From: Nemertoderma westbladi
Taxonomy: Eukaryota; Animalia; Xenacoelomorpha
NCBI GenBank assembly: GCA_032718475.1
Contig: JAUCBJ010006781.1
Span: 62,001 to 126,000, forward strand
Direction: 5' to 3'
Length of the DNA: 64,000 bases
Position numbers and translations under genes: made by a program. This document shows, one piece after another, positions 25,451 through 37,619 of the stretch. Numbering within the stretch: position 1 is the stretch's first letter; each line of letters begins with the position of its first letter. Below the pieces are notes generated by a model. The model searched no databases. It was not told where the DNA came from and saw only the letters and a list, made by a program, of their open reading frames with translations.

Positions 25451-26827
25451 CTCTATGGTTCTTTTCGGGGAATCTCATTGATCTCGATTGCGGCAAAGCT
25501 ATACAATACGATTCTATTAAATCGCATAAGGGATCCCATTGAGAGACTGCTCCGTGGAAATCAGAATGGGTTCCGTAAAGGTCGTGGGACCATGGAGCCC
25601 ATTTTGGCACTTAGAAGGATAATTGAAGAGTTATCAAAAGAGAAAGACAGGCATCTGGCTGTTATCTTTGTTGACTTCTTCAAGGCCTTTGATTCAGTCT
25701 CTCGCTCACGTATGTTCAGCATACTTTCATTATATGGGATTCCTGATGAAATTATTGCAGCAATCAGATCAGTATACGATGGTTCGACAACATTTGTGTC
25801 TACTGTTGACGGTGACACAGAACCATTTGAAGTGTTATGGGTGTCCTCCAAGGAGACACACTTGCACCATTCTTGTTCATTATTGTGGTTGACTATGTTC
25901 TACGCATGTCCTTAGATCATTATAATGATGATGGGGTGATGATAACTCCACCTACTGGCTCCAGAAGTCGAGGAAATCCTGCCAAGTACCTAACTGATCT
26001 AGACTTTGCTGATGACTTAGGAGTACTCTCAGAATCATTAGAGGGAGCCCAACGGCTCCTCAGCTCATTAGAACATGCTGCTTCTAGTGTTGGTCTTTTT
26101 ATTAACTCCAGAAAGACCAAAATTCTGACAGTTAACTTTGAAAGTCCTCAGCAAGTCTCTGATCGGTTGAGCATAAGCTCAAAGGATGGTATGCTTGAGC
26201 ATGTGGACGACTTCTGTTACCTGGGATCATGGATCCGGAAGTCAGGTGAGGACCTTCGAATACGTAAGGGAAATGCATGGGCAGCCTTGAATAGGCTTTC
26301 CAGGATTTGGAAGTCACCGAGAATTAATCGGAAACTTAAGGTCCGATTATTTAGAGCAGCAGTAGTTCCAGTACTCCTCTACGGGAGTCCATGCTGGGCT
26401 CTAACTGCTGAGGACACCAAATCTCTGGATGGCACATTCACAAGAATGCTACGCCGGGTTCATTGTGTCAAGTACAATGCACACATCTCCAACCAGACAC
26501 TATATAACATTGGAGGTGTCTCATTGGTTCCCCCAAGCTTGACACTAGAACAAAATCGCCTCCGCTTTGCAGGACATTGCTTTCGCCGTGAGGACCAGCC
26601 AGTGCATAATCTTGTACTTTGGCAGCCTCATGGAGTGAATAAGCATGGTGGACAGCCCATGACTTTCTTGAGACGCATCTTAAAGGACACTGGCCTTAAA
26701 GATGCGGATGATCTACAAATGTCATGGGTGATAGGGAGTTGTGGCGGTGCAATTTTGTTGACAAGCCGGCACAGCATTCTTAAAAATGCAGCTGCAATGC
26801 AGCATGCCGATCCTAGTAGTAGTAGTA
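25451..26827 (+). mobile_element. 5'-truncated RTE-clade LINE with a (TAG)n tail and a 51 bp target duplication
   Basis: Motifs RGISLISIAAKLYN, NQNGFRKGR, FVDFFKAFDSV, GVLQGDTLAPFLF, DLDFADD, FCYLGS, RLRFAGHCFR. Frameshift near 25835. Identical 51-mer at 25400-25450 and 26828-26878. Confidence 0.92.
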
Positions 26828-26987
26828 GGGAGCAAATCTTGGGATAGGAGTAGCGCCCACCCCTACCCTCGGGTAGCAGCTATCGAAAGAGGAGCCTTCG
26901 GGTCGCCTCCGGCTTCGGCCGACTGTTTGCTTTTTTTTTGCTACAGTACAGTATCCCCCTAACGCAGGTTGGATGCAATCTTCGCCC

Positions 26988-27313
26988 GGGGGAAACCCAC
27001 AACGCAATCTTCGCCCGCTAGTAACCTTCGCCCAATAAAATTTGTGTTAGAAACCATTTTAGATACCAATTGAAGGAAATTAGCAAGTTACAAAGACAGT
27101 AAAAAATAAAAAATAATAAAACAATAAACGATGTTTTTACCAATTGAGGGAAAGGAGCAGGTTACAGAAACGGCCTGTTTCTAACCAAAACAATAAACGA
27201 TGTTGTTACCAATTGAGGGAAACGAGCAGATTACAGAGACGGCTCGTTGTAACCAAAACAATAATTGTTTAGTGGGCGAAGCTTTCTCGCGGGCGATGTT
27301 TGCTGTGTTCCCC
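26988..27313. mobile_element. Degenerate MITE-like element
   Basis: Imperfect TIRs GGGGAA..C..CAA..(T/A)TCGCCCGC.AG.AA.CTTCGCCCA.TAAA; internal ~70 bp duplication. Confidence 0.5.
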
Positions 27314-28405
27314 AACGCATACTTCATGCAAACACACACCCCTACCCAATAAGATATTACAGCACGCGTAAGGGCCGTGCCCCATTAGTAAATCCTAAGT
27401 ATAAATAAATTATAGAACACAATCGTTTTAAGGGCGTCTCCACTGAAGTTATAAGTCGTACAGGAAGTTATTACGAATCAGATCAAGATTGGAGCTACAA
27501 TTTTGACATCCAGTCGGATTAGACATTTATATATTTAATCCTAAGTAAAATAGTTCCTCTATTTTTGTCGCACAAATGTGTATTATAGAAATTATCAATG
27601 CGTAACTTCAATGTTATTTCTACCCAGAGCGGGAGAACCATAAAACAAGAACAATCGGTGTAATCACTGATATATTCAAATCAACTGATATATTGTGACG
27701 GTTTACCAAGTTACTGGCACGAATTGGGTAACATCTAATGAATTCAACCGCCTAATTTATAATTATCATTACAGGTAGGTGACCTTTATAAGTATTATTA
27801 TAATTTTTCAGAAAACGCCGCAATGATTTTCGTCACAATTATAAATGATTTTCCTGCAGTTCTGCCAAATTTTGCGATTACGTAGAACCTATCATAACAG
27901 TGTGAATGAATAGGCCTACGCCTGTGTACTCTATGGGGTGATGTAAAGATTATTTATACCGTGCACTATAATGTAACTGTAATCTTGGAAAATTATCAAA
28001 TATTCAAATCAATAAAACTATTATGTCATATGCATTAGAAAGCGGCTTGCCAATAATATCTCTATAAGCTCACACCTAATTTATCTAAACTTATAATTAC
28101 AACAATAACTTATTAACATATTTAAACAAACTTAATTAAATTCAATCAATACATGCTTGTGTTTGGTTAGAGATTGGAAACACTTTGTTGACCATACGAT
28201 TTGGTACGATGTTTACAACAGAGAAAAAACCTAAAAATATATTCGGTTATTAATTACTTTTTTAAAAATTTAATTTAATTTTCTTAACTAATTAATTAGG
28301 AGTGAGCGGAAAATTCACTAACCCCTCTAAGCTAAACCTGTTAATAATTTTTTAATTTTCTTCTTTATTTTTTAAATATTTTATTAAACTTATAAAATCA
28401 TCACT

Positions 28406-28747
28406 ATGACTGGATGTTGTGGAGACGAAGTTGAAAGAAAAGATGAACCTAAAAAATTCGACCCGAATTTCAAAGGGCCAATCAAAGATCGAGGTTGTAC
28501 TGACGTCATATGTTGCGTCATCTATACAGCGTTCCTGGTCGGTCTCGGTATAGTCAGTTACTTCGCATACAGTCAGGGTGACCCAAACAGACTGCTACAC
28601 CCTACAGACTCACAGGGGAATCTATGTGGCAACAATAATGTCGAGAGCGGGAAAGATTTTACCAACAAACCCTATATGATGTATTACGATATTACCAAAT
28701 GTATCAGTCCGACAACTCTTCTTACTGGGGGCTGTCTCACTCCACAG
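28406..28747 (+). CDS. SLC44A2: Choline transporter-like protein (SLC44A2/4/5-type), coding exon 1
   Basis: KFDPNFKGPIKDRGCTDVICC, GDPNRLLHPTDSQGNLCG, CLTPQ; donor CAG|GTATGT at 28748, phase 0. The symbol is approximate (invertebrate co-orthologue of A2/A4/A5). Confidence 0.93.
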
Positions 28748-29040
28748 GTATGTAGGGGAAGATATACTAATAAAAAGATCAGTGATAATAGATCGTAGTA
28801 GATCAAAATATAACGTTGGAAGTATGTGAGAAAACGAGCGCTCATATAATGTACCGAATTGTTTTCTAAAACAGGTTATCCGTATTCCTTCCGACTCACT
28901 TCTTCTTGACAACAGGAAGAATCAAACACTAAACTATTTGTTGTTATTCCTCTAACCCCCACCACTCATACCACCTCCCCGCTACAATCACCCCTCCGGC
29001 CTTACCCAACCCACACAGAACCCCATTGCCCGATTCCTCA

Positions 29041-32000
29041 TCCCCTCTCCCACAACCCTCTCCCACAACCCTCTCCCACAACCCTCTCCCACGACCGTCT
29101 CCCACAACCCTCACCCACAACCCTCTCCCACAACCCTCTCCCACAACCCTCTCCCGCAACCGTCTCCCTCAACCGTCTCCCACAACCCTCTCCCACAACC
29201 CTCTCCCACAACCCTCTCCCACAACCCTCACCCACAACCCTCACCCACAACCCTCTCCTACAACCCTCTTCCACAACCCTCTCCCACAATCCTCTCCCAC
29301 AACCGTCTCCCACAACCGTCTCCCACAACCCTCTCCCACAATCCTCTCCCACAACCGTCTCCCACAACCGTCTCCCACAACCCTCACCAACAACCCTCTC
29401 CCACAACCCTCTCCCACAACCCTCTCACCCAACCCTCTCCCACAACCCTCTCCCACAACCCTCTCCCACAACCCTCTCCCACAACCCTCTCCCACAACCC
29501 TCACCCACAACTCTCTCCCACAACCCTCTCCCGCAACCGTCTCCCTCAACCGTCTCCCACAACCCTCTCCCACAACCCTCACCCACAACCCTCTCCCACA
29601 ACCCTCTTCCACAACCCTCTCCCACAACCCTCTCCCACAACCCTCTCCCACAACCGTCTCCCACAACCGTCTCCCACAACCCTCACCCACAACCCTCTCC
29701 CACAACCCTCTCCCACAACCCTCTCCCACAACCCTCTCGCACAACCCTCTCCCACAACCCTCTCCCACAACCCTCTCCCACAACCCTCTCCCACAACCCT
29801 CTCCCGCAACCGTCTCACTCAACCGTCTCCCACAACCCCCTCCCACAACCCTCACCCACAACCCTCTCCCACAACCCTCTTCCACAACCCTCTCCCACAA
29901 CCCTCTCCCACAACCCTCACCTACAACCCTCTCCCACAACCCTCTCCCACAACCGTCTCCCACAACCCCCTCCCACAACCCTCACCCACAACCCTCTCCC
30001 ACAACCCTCTCCCACAACCCTCTCCCACAACCCTCTCCCACAACCCTCTCCCACAACCCTCTCCCACAACCCTCACCCACAACCCTCTCCCACAACCCTC
30101 TCCCGCAACCCTCTCCCACAACCCTCACCCACAACCCTCTCCCACAACCCTCTCCCACAACCCTCTCCCACAACCCTCTTCCACAACCATCTCCCACAAC
30201 CCTCTCCCACAACCGTCTTCCACAACCCTCTCCCACAACCCTCTCCCACAACCCTCTCCCACAACCCTCTCCCGCAACCCTCTCCCACAACCCTCTCCCA
30301 CAACCCTCTCCCACAACCCTCTCCCACAACCCTCTCCCACAACCCTCTCCCACAACCCTCTCCCACAACCGTCTCCCACAACCGTCTCCCACAACCCTCT
30401 CCCACAACCCTCTCCCACAACCCTCTCCCACAACCCTCTCCCACAACCGTCTCCCACAACCCTCTCCCACAACCCTCTCCCACAACCCTCTCCCACAACC
30501 CTCTCCCACAACCCTCTCCCGCAACCCTCTCCCACAACCCTCTCCCACAACCCTCTCCCACAACCCTCTCCCACAACCCTCCCACAACCGTCTGCCGCAA
30601 CCGTCTCCCACAACCGTCTCCCACAACCCTCTCCCACAACCCTCACCCACAACCCTCTCCCATAACCCTCTCCCACAACCCTCTCCCACAACCCTCTCCC
30701 ACAACCCTCTCCCACAACCCTCTCCCATAACCGTCTCCCACAACCGTCTCCCACAACCCTCTCCCACAACCCTCTCCCACAACCCTCTCCCACAACCCTC
30801 TCCCACAACCCTCTCCCGCAACCCTCTCCCACAACCCTCTCCCACAACCCTCTCCCACAACCCTCTCCCACAACCCTCTCCCACAACCCTCTCCCACAAC
30901 CCTCTCCCATAACCGTCTCCCACAACCGTCTCCCACAACCCTCTCCCACAACCCTCTCCCACAACCCTCTCCCACAACCCTCTCCCACAACCGTCTCCCA
31001 CAACCCTCTCCCACAACCCTCTCCCACAACCCTCTCCCACAACCCTCTCCCACAACCCTCTCCCGCAACCCTCTCCCACAACCCTCTCCCACAACCCTCT
31101 CCCACAACCCTCTCCCACAACCCTCCCACAACCGTCTCCCGCAACCGTCTCCCACAACCGTCTCCCACAACCCTCTCCCACAACCCTCACCCACAACCCT
31201 CTCCCATAACCCTCTCCCACAACCCTCTCCCACAACCCTCTCCCACAACCCTCTCCCACAACCGTCTCACACAACCCTCTCCCACAACCCTCTCCCACAA
31301 CCGTCTCCCACAACCGTCTCCCACAACCCTCTCCCACAACCCTCTCCCACAACCCTCTCCCACAACCCTCTCCCACAACCCTCTCCCGCAACCCTCTCCC
31401 ACAACCCTCTCCCACAACCCTCTCCCACAACCCTCACCCACAACCCTCTCCCATAACCCTCTCCCACAACCCTCTCCCACAACCCTCTCCCACAACCCTC
31501 ACCCACAATCCTCTCCCATAACCCTCTCCCACAACCCTCTCCCACAATCCTCTCCCACAACCCTCTCCCACAACCCTCACCCACAACCCCCTCCCACAAC
31601 CCTCTCCCGCAACCGTCTCCCTCAACCGTCTCCCACAACCCCCTCCCACAACCCTCTCCCACAACCCTCTCCCACAACCGTCTCCCACAACCCTCTCCCA
31701 CAACCCTCACCCACAACCCTCTCCCACAACCCTCTTCCACAACCCTCTCCCACAACCCTCTCCCACAACCCTCTCCCACAACCGTCTCCCACAACCCTCT
31801 CCCACAACCCTCACCCACAACCCTCTCCCACAACCCTCTCCCACAACCCTCTCCCACAACCCTCTCACACAACCCTCTCCCACAACCCTCTCCCACAACC
31901 CTCTCCACAACCCTCTCCCACAACCCTCTCCCGCAACCGTCTCCCTCAACCCTCTCCCACAACCCTCTCCCACAACCCTCTCCCACAACCCTCTCCCACA

Positions 32001-35000
32001 ACCGTCTCCCACAACCCTCTCCCACAACCCTCTCACACAACCCTCTCCCACAACCCTCTCCCACAACCCTCTCCCACAACCGTCTCCCACAACCGTCTCC
32101 CACAAACGTCTCCCACAACCCTCTCCCACAACGCTCTCCCACAACCCTCTCCCACAACCCTCTCCCACAACACTCTCCCACAACCGTCTCCCACAACCGT
32201 CTCCCGCAACCGTCTCCCACAACCCTCTCCCACAACCGTCTCCCACAACCCTCTCCCACAACCCTCTCCCACAACCGTCTCCCACAACAGTCTCCCACAA
32301 CCCTCTCCCACAACCCTCTCCCACAACCCTCTCCCACAACCCTCTCCCACAACCCTCTCCCACAACCCTCTCCCACAACCCTCTCCCACAACCCTCCCAC
32401 AACCGTCTCCCGCAACCGTCTCCCACAACCGTCTCCCACAACCCTCTCCCACAACCCTCACCCACAACCCTCTCCCTTAACCCTCTCCCACAACCCTCTC
32501 CCATAACCCTCTCCCACAACCCTCTACCACAACCCTCTCCCACAACCCTCTCCCACAACCGTCTCCCACAACCCTCTCCCACAACCCTCTCCCACAACTG
32601 TCTCCCACAACCCTCTCCCACAACCCTCTCCCACAACCCTCTCCCACAACCCTCTCCCGCAACCCTCTCCCACAACCCTCTCCCACAACCCTCTCCCACA
32701 ACCCTCCCACAACCCTCTCCCACAACCCTCTCCCACAACCCTCTCCCACAACCCTCTCCCATAACCGTCTCCCACAACCGTCTCCCACAACCCTCTCCCA
32801 CAACCATCTCCCACAACCCTCTCCCACAACCCTCTCCCACAACCCTCTCCCACAACCGTCTCCCACAACCCTCTCCCACAACCCTCTCCCACAACCCTCT
32901 CCCACAACCCTCTCCCACAACACTCTCCCGCAACACTCTCCCACAACCCTCTCCCACAACCCTCTCCCACAACCCTCTCCCACAACCCTCCCACAACCGT
33001 CTCCCGCAACCGTCTCCCACAACCGTCTCCCACAACCCTCTCCCACAACCCACACCCACAACCCTCTCCCATAACCCTCTCCCACAACCCTCTCCCACAA
33101 CCCTCTCACACAACCCTCTCCCACAACCCTCTCCCACAACCCTCTCCCACAACCGTCTCCCACAACCGTCTCCCACAAACGTCTCCCACAACCCTCTCCC
33201 ACAACGCTCTCCCACAACCCTCTCCCACAACCCTCTCCCACAACACTCTCCCACAACCGTCTCCCACAACCGTCTCCCGCAACCGTCTCCCACAACCCTC
33301 TCCCACAACCGTCTCCCACAACCCTCTCCCACAACCCTCTCCCACAACCGTCTCCCACAACAGTCTCCCACAACCCTCTCCCACAACCCTCTCCCACAAC
33401 CCTCTCCCACAACCATCTCCCACAACCCTCTCCCACAACCCTCTCCCACAACCCTCTCCCACAACCCTCCCACAACCGTCTCCCGCAACCGTCTCCCACA
33501 ACCGTCTCCCACAACCCTCTCCCACAACTCTCACCCACAACCCTCTCCCTTAACCCTCTCCCACAACCCTCTCCCATAACCCTCTCCCACAACCCTCTAC
33601 CACAACCCTCTCCCACAACCCTCTCCCACAACCGTCTCCCACAACCCTCTCCCACAACCCTCTCCCACAACTGTCTCCCACAACCCTCTCCCACAACCCT
33701 CTCCCACAACCCTCTCCCACAACCCTCTCCCGCAACCCTCTCCCACAACCCTCTCCCACAACCCTCTCCCACAACCCTCCCACAACCCTCTCCCACAACC
33801 CTCTCCCACAACCCTCTCCCACAACCCTCTCCCATAACCGTCTCCCACAACCGTCTCCCACAACCCTCTCCTACAACCATCTCCCACAACCCTCTCCCAC
33901 AACCCTCTCCCACAACCCTCTCCCACAACCGTCTCCCACAACCCTCTCCCACAACCCTCTCCCACAACCCTCTCCCACAACCCTCTCCCACAACACTCTC
34001 CCGCAACACTCTCCCACAACCCTCTCCCACAACCCTCTCCCACAACCCTCTCCCACAACCCTCCCACAACCGTCTCCCGCAACCGTCTCCCACAACCGTC
34101 TCCCACAACCCTCTCCCACAACCCACACCCACAACCCTCTCCCATAACCCTCTCCCACAACCCTCTCCCACAACCCTCTCCCACAACACTCTCCCACAAC
34201 CGTCTCCCACAACCCTCTCCCACAACCCGCTCCCACAACCGTCTCCCACAACAGTCTCCCACAACCCTCTCCCACAACCCTCTCCCACAACCCTCTCCCA
34301 CAACCCTCTCCCGCAACCCTCTCCCACAACCCTCTCCCACAACTCTCTCCCACAACCCTCTCCCACAACTCTCCCACAACCATCTCCCGCAACCGTCTCC
34401 CACAACCCTCTCCCACAACCGTCTCCCACAACCCTCTCCCACAACCCTCTCCCACAACCGTCTCCCACAACAGTCTCCCACAACCCTCTCCCACAACCCT
34501 CTCCCACAACCCTCTCCCACAACCCTCTCCCGCAACCCTCTCCCACAACCCTCTCCCACAACCCTCTCCCACAACCCTCTCCCACAACCCTCCCACAACC
34601 GTCTCCCGCAACCGTCTCCCACAACCGTCTCCCACAACCCTCTCCCACAACCCTCACCCACAACCCTCTCCCTTAACCCTCTCCCACAACCCTCTCCCAT
34701 AACCCTCTCCCACAACCCTCTACCACAACCCTCTCCCACAACCCTCTCCCACAACCGTCTCCCACAACCCTCTCCCACAACCCTCTCCCACAACCCTCTC
34801 CCACAACCCTCTCCCATAACCGTCTCGCACAACCGTCTCCCACAACCCTCTCCCACAACCCTCTCCCACAACCCTCTCCCACAACCCTCTCCCACAATCC
34901 TCTCCCACAACCGTCTCCCACAACCCTCTCCCACAACCCTCTCCCACAACCCTCTCCCACAACCCTCTCCCGCAACACTCTCCCACAACCCTCTCCCACA

Positions 35001-37125
35001 ACCCTCTCCCACAACCCTCTCCCACAACCCTCTCCCACAACCCTCCCACAACCGTCTCCCGCAACCGTCTCCCACAACCGTCTCCCACAACCCTCTCCCA
35101 CAACCCTCACCCACAACCCTCTCCCATAACCCTCTCCCACAACCCTCTCCCACAACCCTCTCCCACAACCCTCTCCCACAACCGTCTCCCACAACCCTCT
35201 CCCACAACCCTCCCCCACAACCGTCTCCCACAACAGTCTCCCACAACCCTCTCCCACAACCTTCTCCCACAACCCTCTCCCACAACTCTCTCCCACAACC
35301 CTCTCCCACAACTCTCCCACAACCATCTCCCGCAACCGTCTCCCACAACCCTCTCCCACAACCGTCTCCCACAACCCTCTCCCACAACCCTCTCCCACAA
35401 CCGTCTCCCACAACAGTCTCCCACAACCCTCTCCCACAACCCTCTCCCACAACCCTCTCCCACAACCCTCTCCCGCAACCCTCTCCCACAACCCTCTCCC
35501 ACAACCCTCTCCCACAACCCTCTCCCACAACCCTCCCACAACCGTCTCCCGCAACCGTCTCCCACAACCGTCTCCCACAACCCTCTCCCACAACCCTCAC
35601 CCACAACCCTCTCCCTTAACCCTCTCCCACAACCCTCTCCCATAACCCTCTCCCACAACCCTCTACCACAACCCTCTCCCACAACCCTCTCCCACAACCG
35701 TCTCCCACAACCCTCTCCCACAACCCTCTCCCACAACCCTCTCCCACAACCCTCTCCCATAACCGTCTCGCACAACCGTCTCCCACAACCCTCTCCCACA
35801 ACCCTCTCCCACAACCCTCTCCCACAACCCTCTCCCACAATCCTCTCCCACAACCGTCTCCCACAACCCTCTCCCACAACCCTCTCCCACAACCCTCTCC
35901 CACAACCCTCTCCCGCAACACTCTCCCACAACCCTCTCCCACAACCCTCTCCCACAACCCTCTCCCACAACCCTCTCCCACAACCCTCCCACAACCGTCT
36001 CCCGCAACCGTCTCCCACAACCGTCTCCCACAACCCTCTCCCACAACCCTCACCCACAACCCTCTCCCATAACCCTCTCCCACAACCCTCTCCCACAACC
36101 CTCTCCCACAACCCTCTCCCACAACCGTCTCCCACAACCCTCTCCCACAACCCTCCCCCACAACCGTCTCCCACAACAGTCTCCCACAACCCTCTCCCAC
36201 AACCTTCTCCCACAACCCTCTCCCACAACCCTCTCCCGCAACCCTCTCCCACAACCCTCTCCCACAACCCTCTCCCACAACCCTCTCCCACAACCCTCCC
36301 ACAACCGTCTCCCGCAACCGTCTCCCACAAGCCTCCCACAACCGTCTCCCGCAACCGTCTCCCACAACCGTCTCCCACAACCCTCTCCCACAACCCTCAC
36401 CCACAACCCTCTCCCATAACCCTCTCCCACAACCCTCTCCCACAACCCTCTCCCACAACCCTCTCCCACAACCGTCTCCCACAACCCTCTCCCACAACCC
36501 TCTCCCACAACCGTCTCCCACAACAGTCTCCCACAACCCTCTCCCACAACCCTCTCCCACAACCCTCTCCCACAACCCTCTCCCGCAACCCTCTCCCACA
36601 ACCCTCTCCCACAACCCTCTCCCACAACCCTCTCCCACAACCCTCCCACAACCGTCTCCCGCAACCATCTCCCACAACCGTCTCCCACAACCCTATCCCA
36701 CAACCCTCACCCACAACCCTCTCCCTTAACCCTCTCCCACAACCCTCTCCCATAACCCTCTCCCACAACCCTATACCACAACCCTCTCCCACAACCCTCT
36801 CCCACAACCGTCTCCCACAACCCTCTCCCACAACCCTCTCCCACAACCGTCTCCCACAACCCTCTCCCACAACCCTCACCCACAACCCTTTCCCATAACC
36901 CTCTCCCACTACCCTCTCCCACAACCCTCTCCCACAACCCTCTCCCACAACCGTCTCCCACATCCCTCTCCCACAACCCTCTCCCACAACCCTCTCCCAC
37001 AACCGTCTCCCACAACCCTCACCCACAACCCTCTCCCATAACCCTCTCCCACAACCCTCTCCCACAACCCTCTCCCACAACCCTCTCCCACAACCGTCTC
37101 CCACAACCCTCTCCCACAACCCTAT
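29041..37125 (+). repeat. 13 bp satellite (CCCTCTCCCACAA)n, ~620 copies, within the SLC44 intron
   Basis: Direct inspection. Variant CCCTTAACCC recurs at about 32475, 33548, 34671, 35614 and 36724, indicating ~1 kb higher-order duplications. Confidence 0.98.
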
Positions 37126-37194
37126 CCCTGCAATTCCGCTGTATTTTGAACGTCATTATCTATCTCTATCTATCGTAATCAACTTTATCTTCCC

Positions 37195-37619
37195 TTCACC
37201 TTACGTACACTTTATTACACTGTATTTTTAACTTTATTTTTTCCAGTTCTGCATGGACTCCTGCGTTCTCCTTACGTACACCTTATGCCATTTTATTTTC
37301 AACTTTATTTTCTCCAGCTCTGCATGGACTCCTGTGTTCTCCTTGCGTACACCTTATGCCATTGTATTTTCAACTTTATTTTCTCCAGCTCTGCATGGAC
37401 TGTTGCGTTCTCCATACATACACTTTATTCCACTGTATTTTCAACTTTATTTTCTCCAGTTCTGCATGGACTCCTGTGTTCTCCTTACGTACACTTTATG
37501 CCACTGTATTTTCAACTTTATTTTCTCCAGTTCTGCATGGACTCCTGTGTTCTCCTTACGTACACCTTATGCCATTGTATTTTCAACTTTATTTTCTCCA
37601 GGTCTGCGTAGACGCTTGC
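37195..37619 (+). repeat. 71 bp tandem repeat of the SLC44 3' splice junction (6 acceptors)
   Basis: TTTATTTT(C/T)TCCAG ends at 37246, 37317, 37388, 37459, 37530 and 37601. The bases after each AG resemble the exon start (TTCTGCATGGACTCCTG vs GTCTGCGTAGACGCTTG). Confidence 0.95.

Noticed and set aside
29026-37119. Long ORFs ([11 protein letters not shown] / [13 protein letters not shown] repeats)
   Set aside because: Translations of a stop-poor 13 bp satellite inside an intron; open in many frames.
37356-37601. N-terminus of the 705 aa ORF as the real SLC44 start
   Set aside because: It is the 71 bp repeat read in frame; the true N-terminus is exon 28406-28747.
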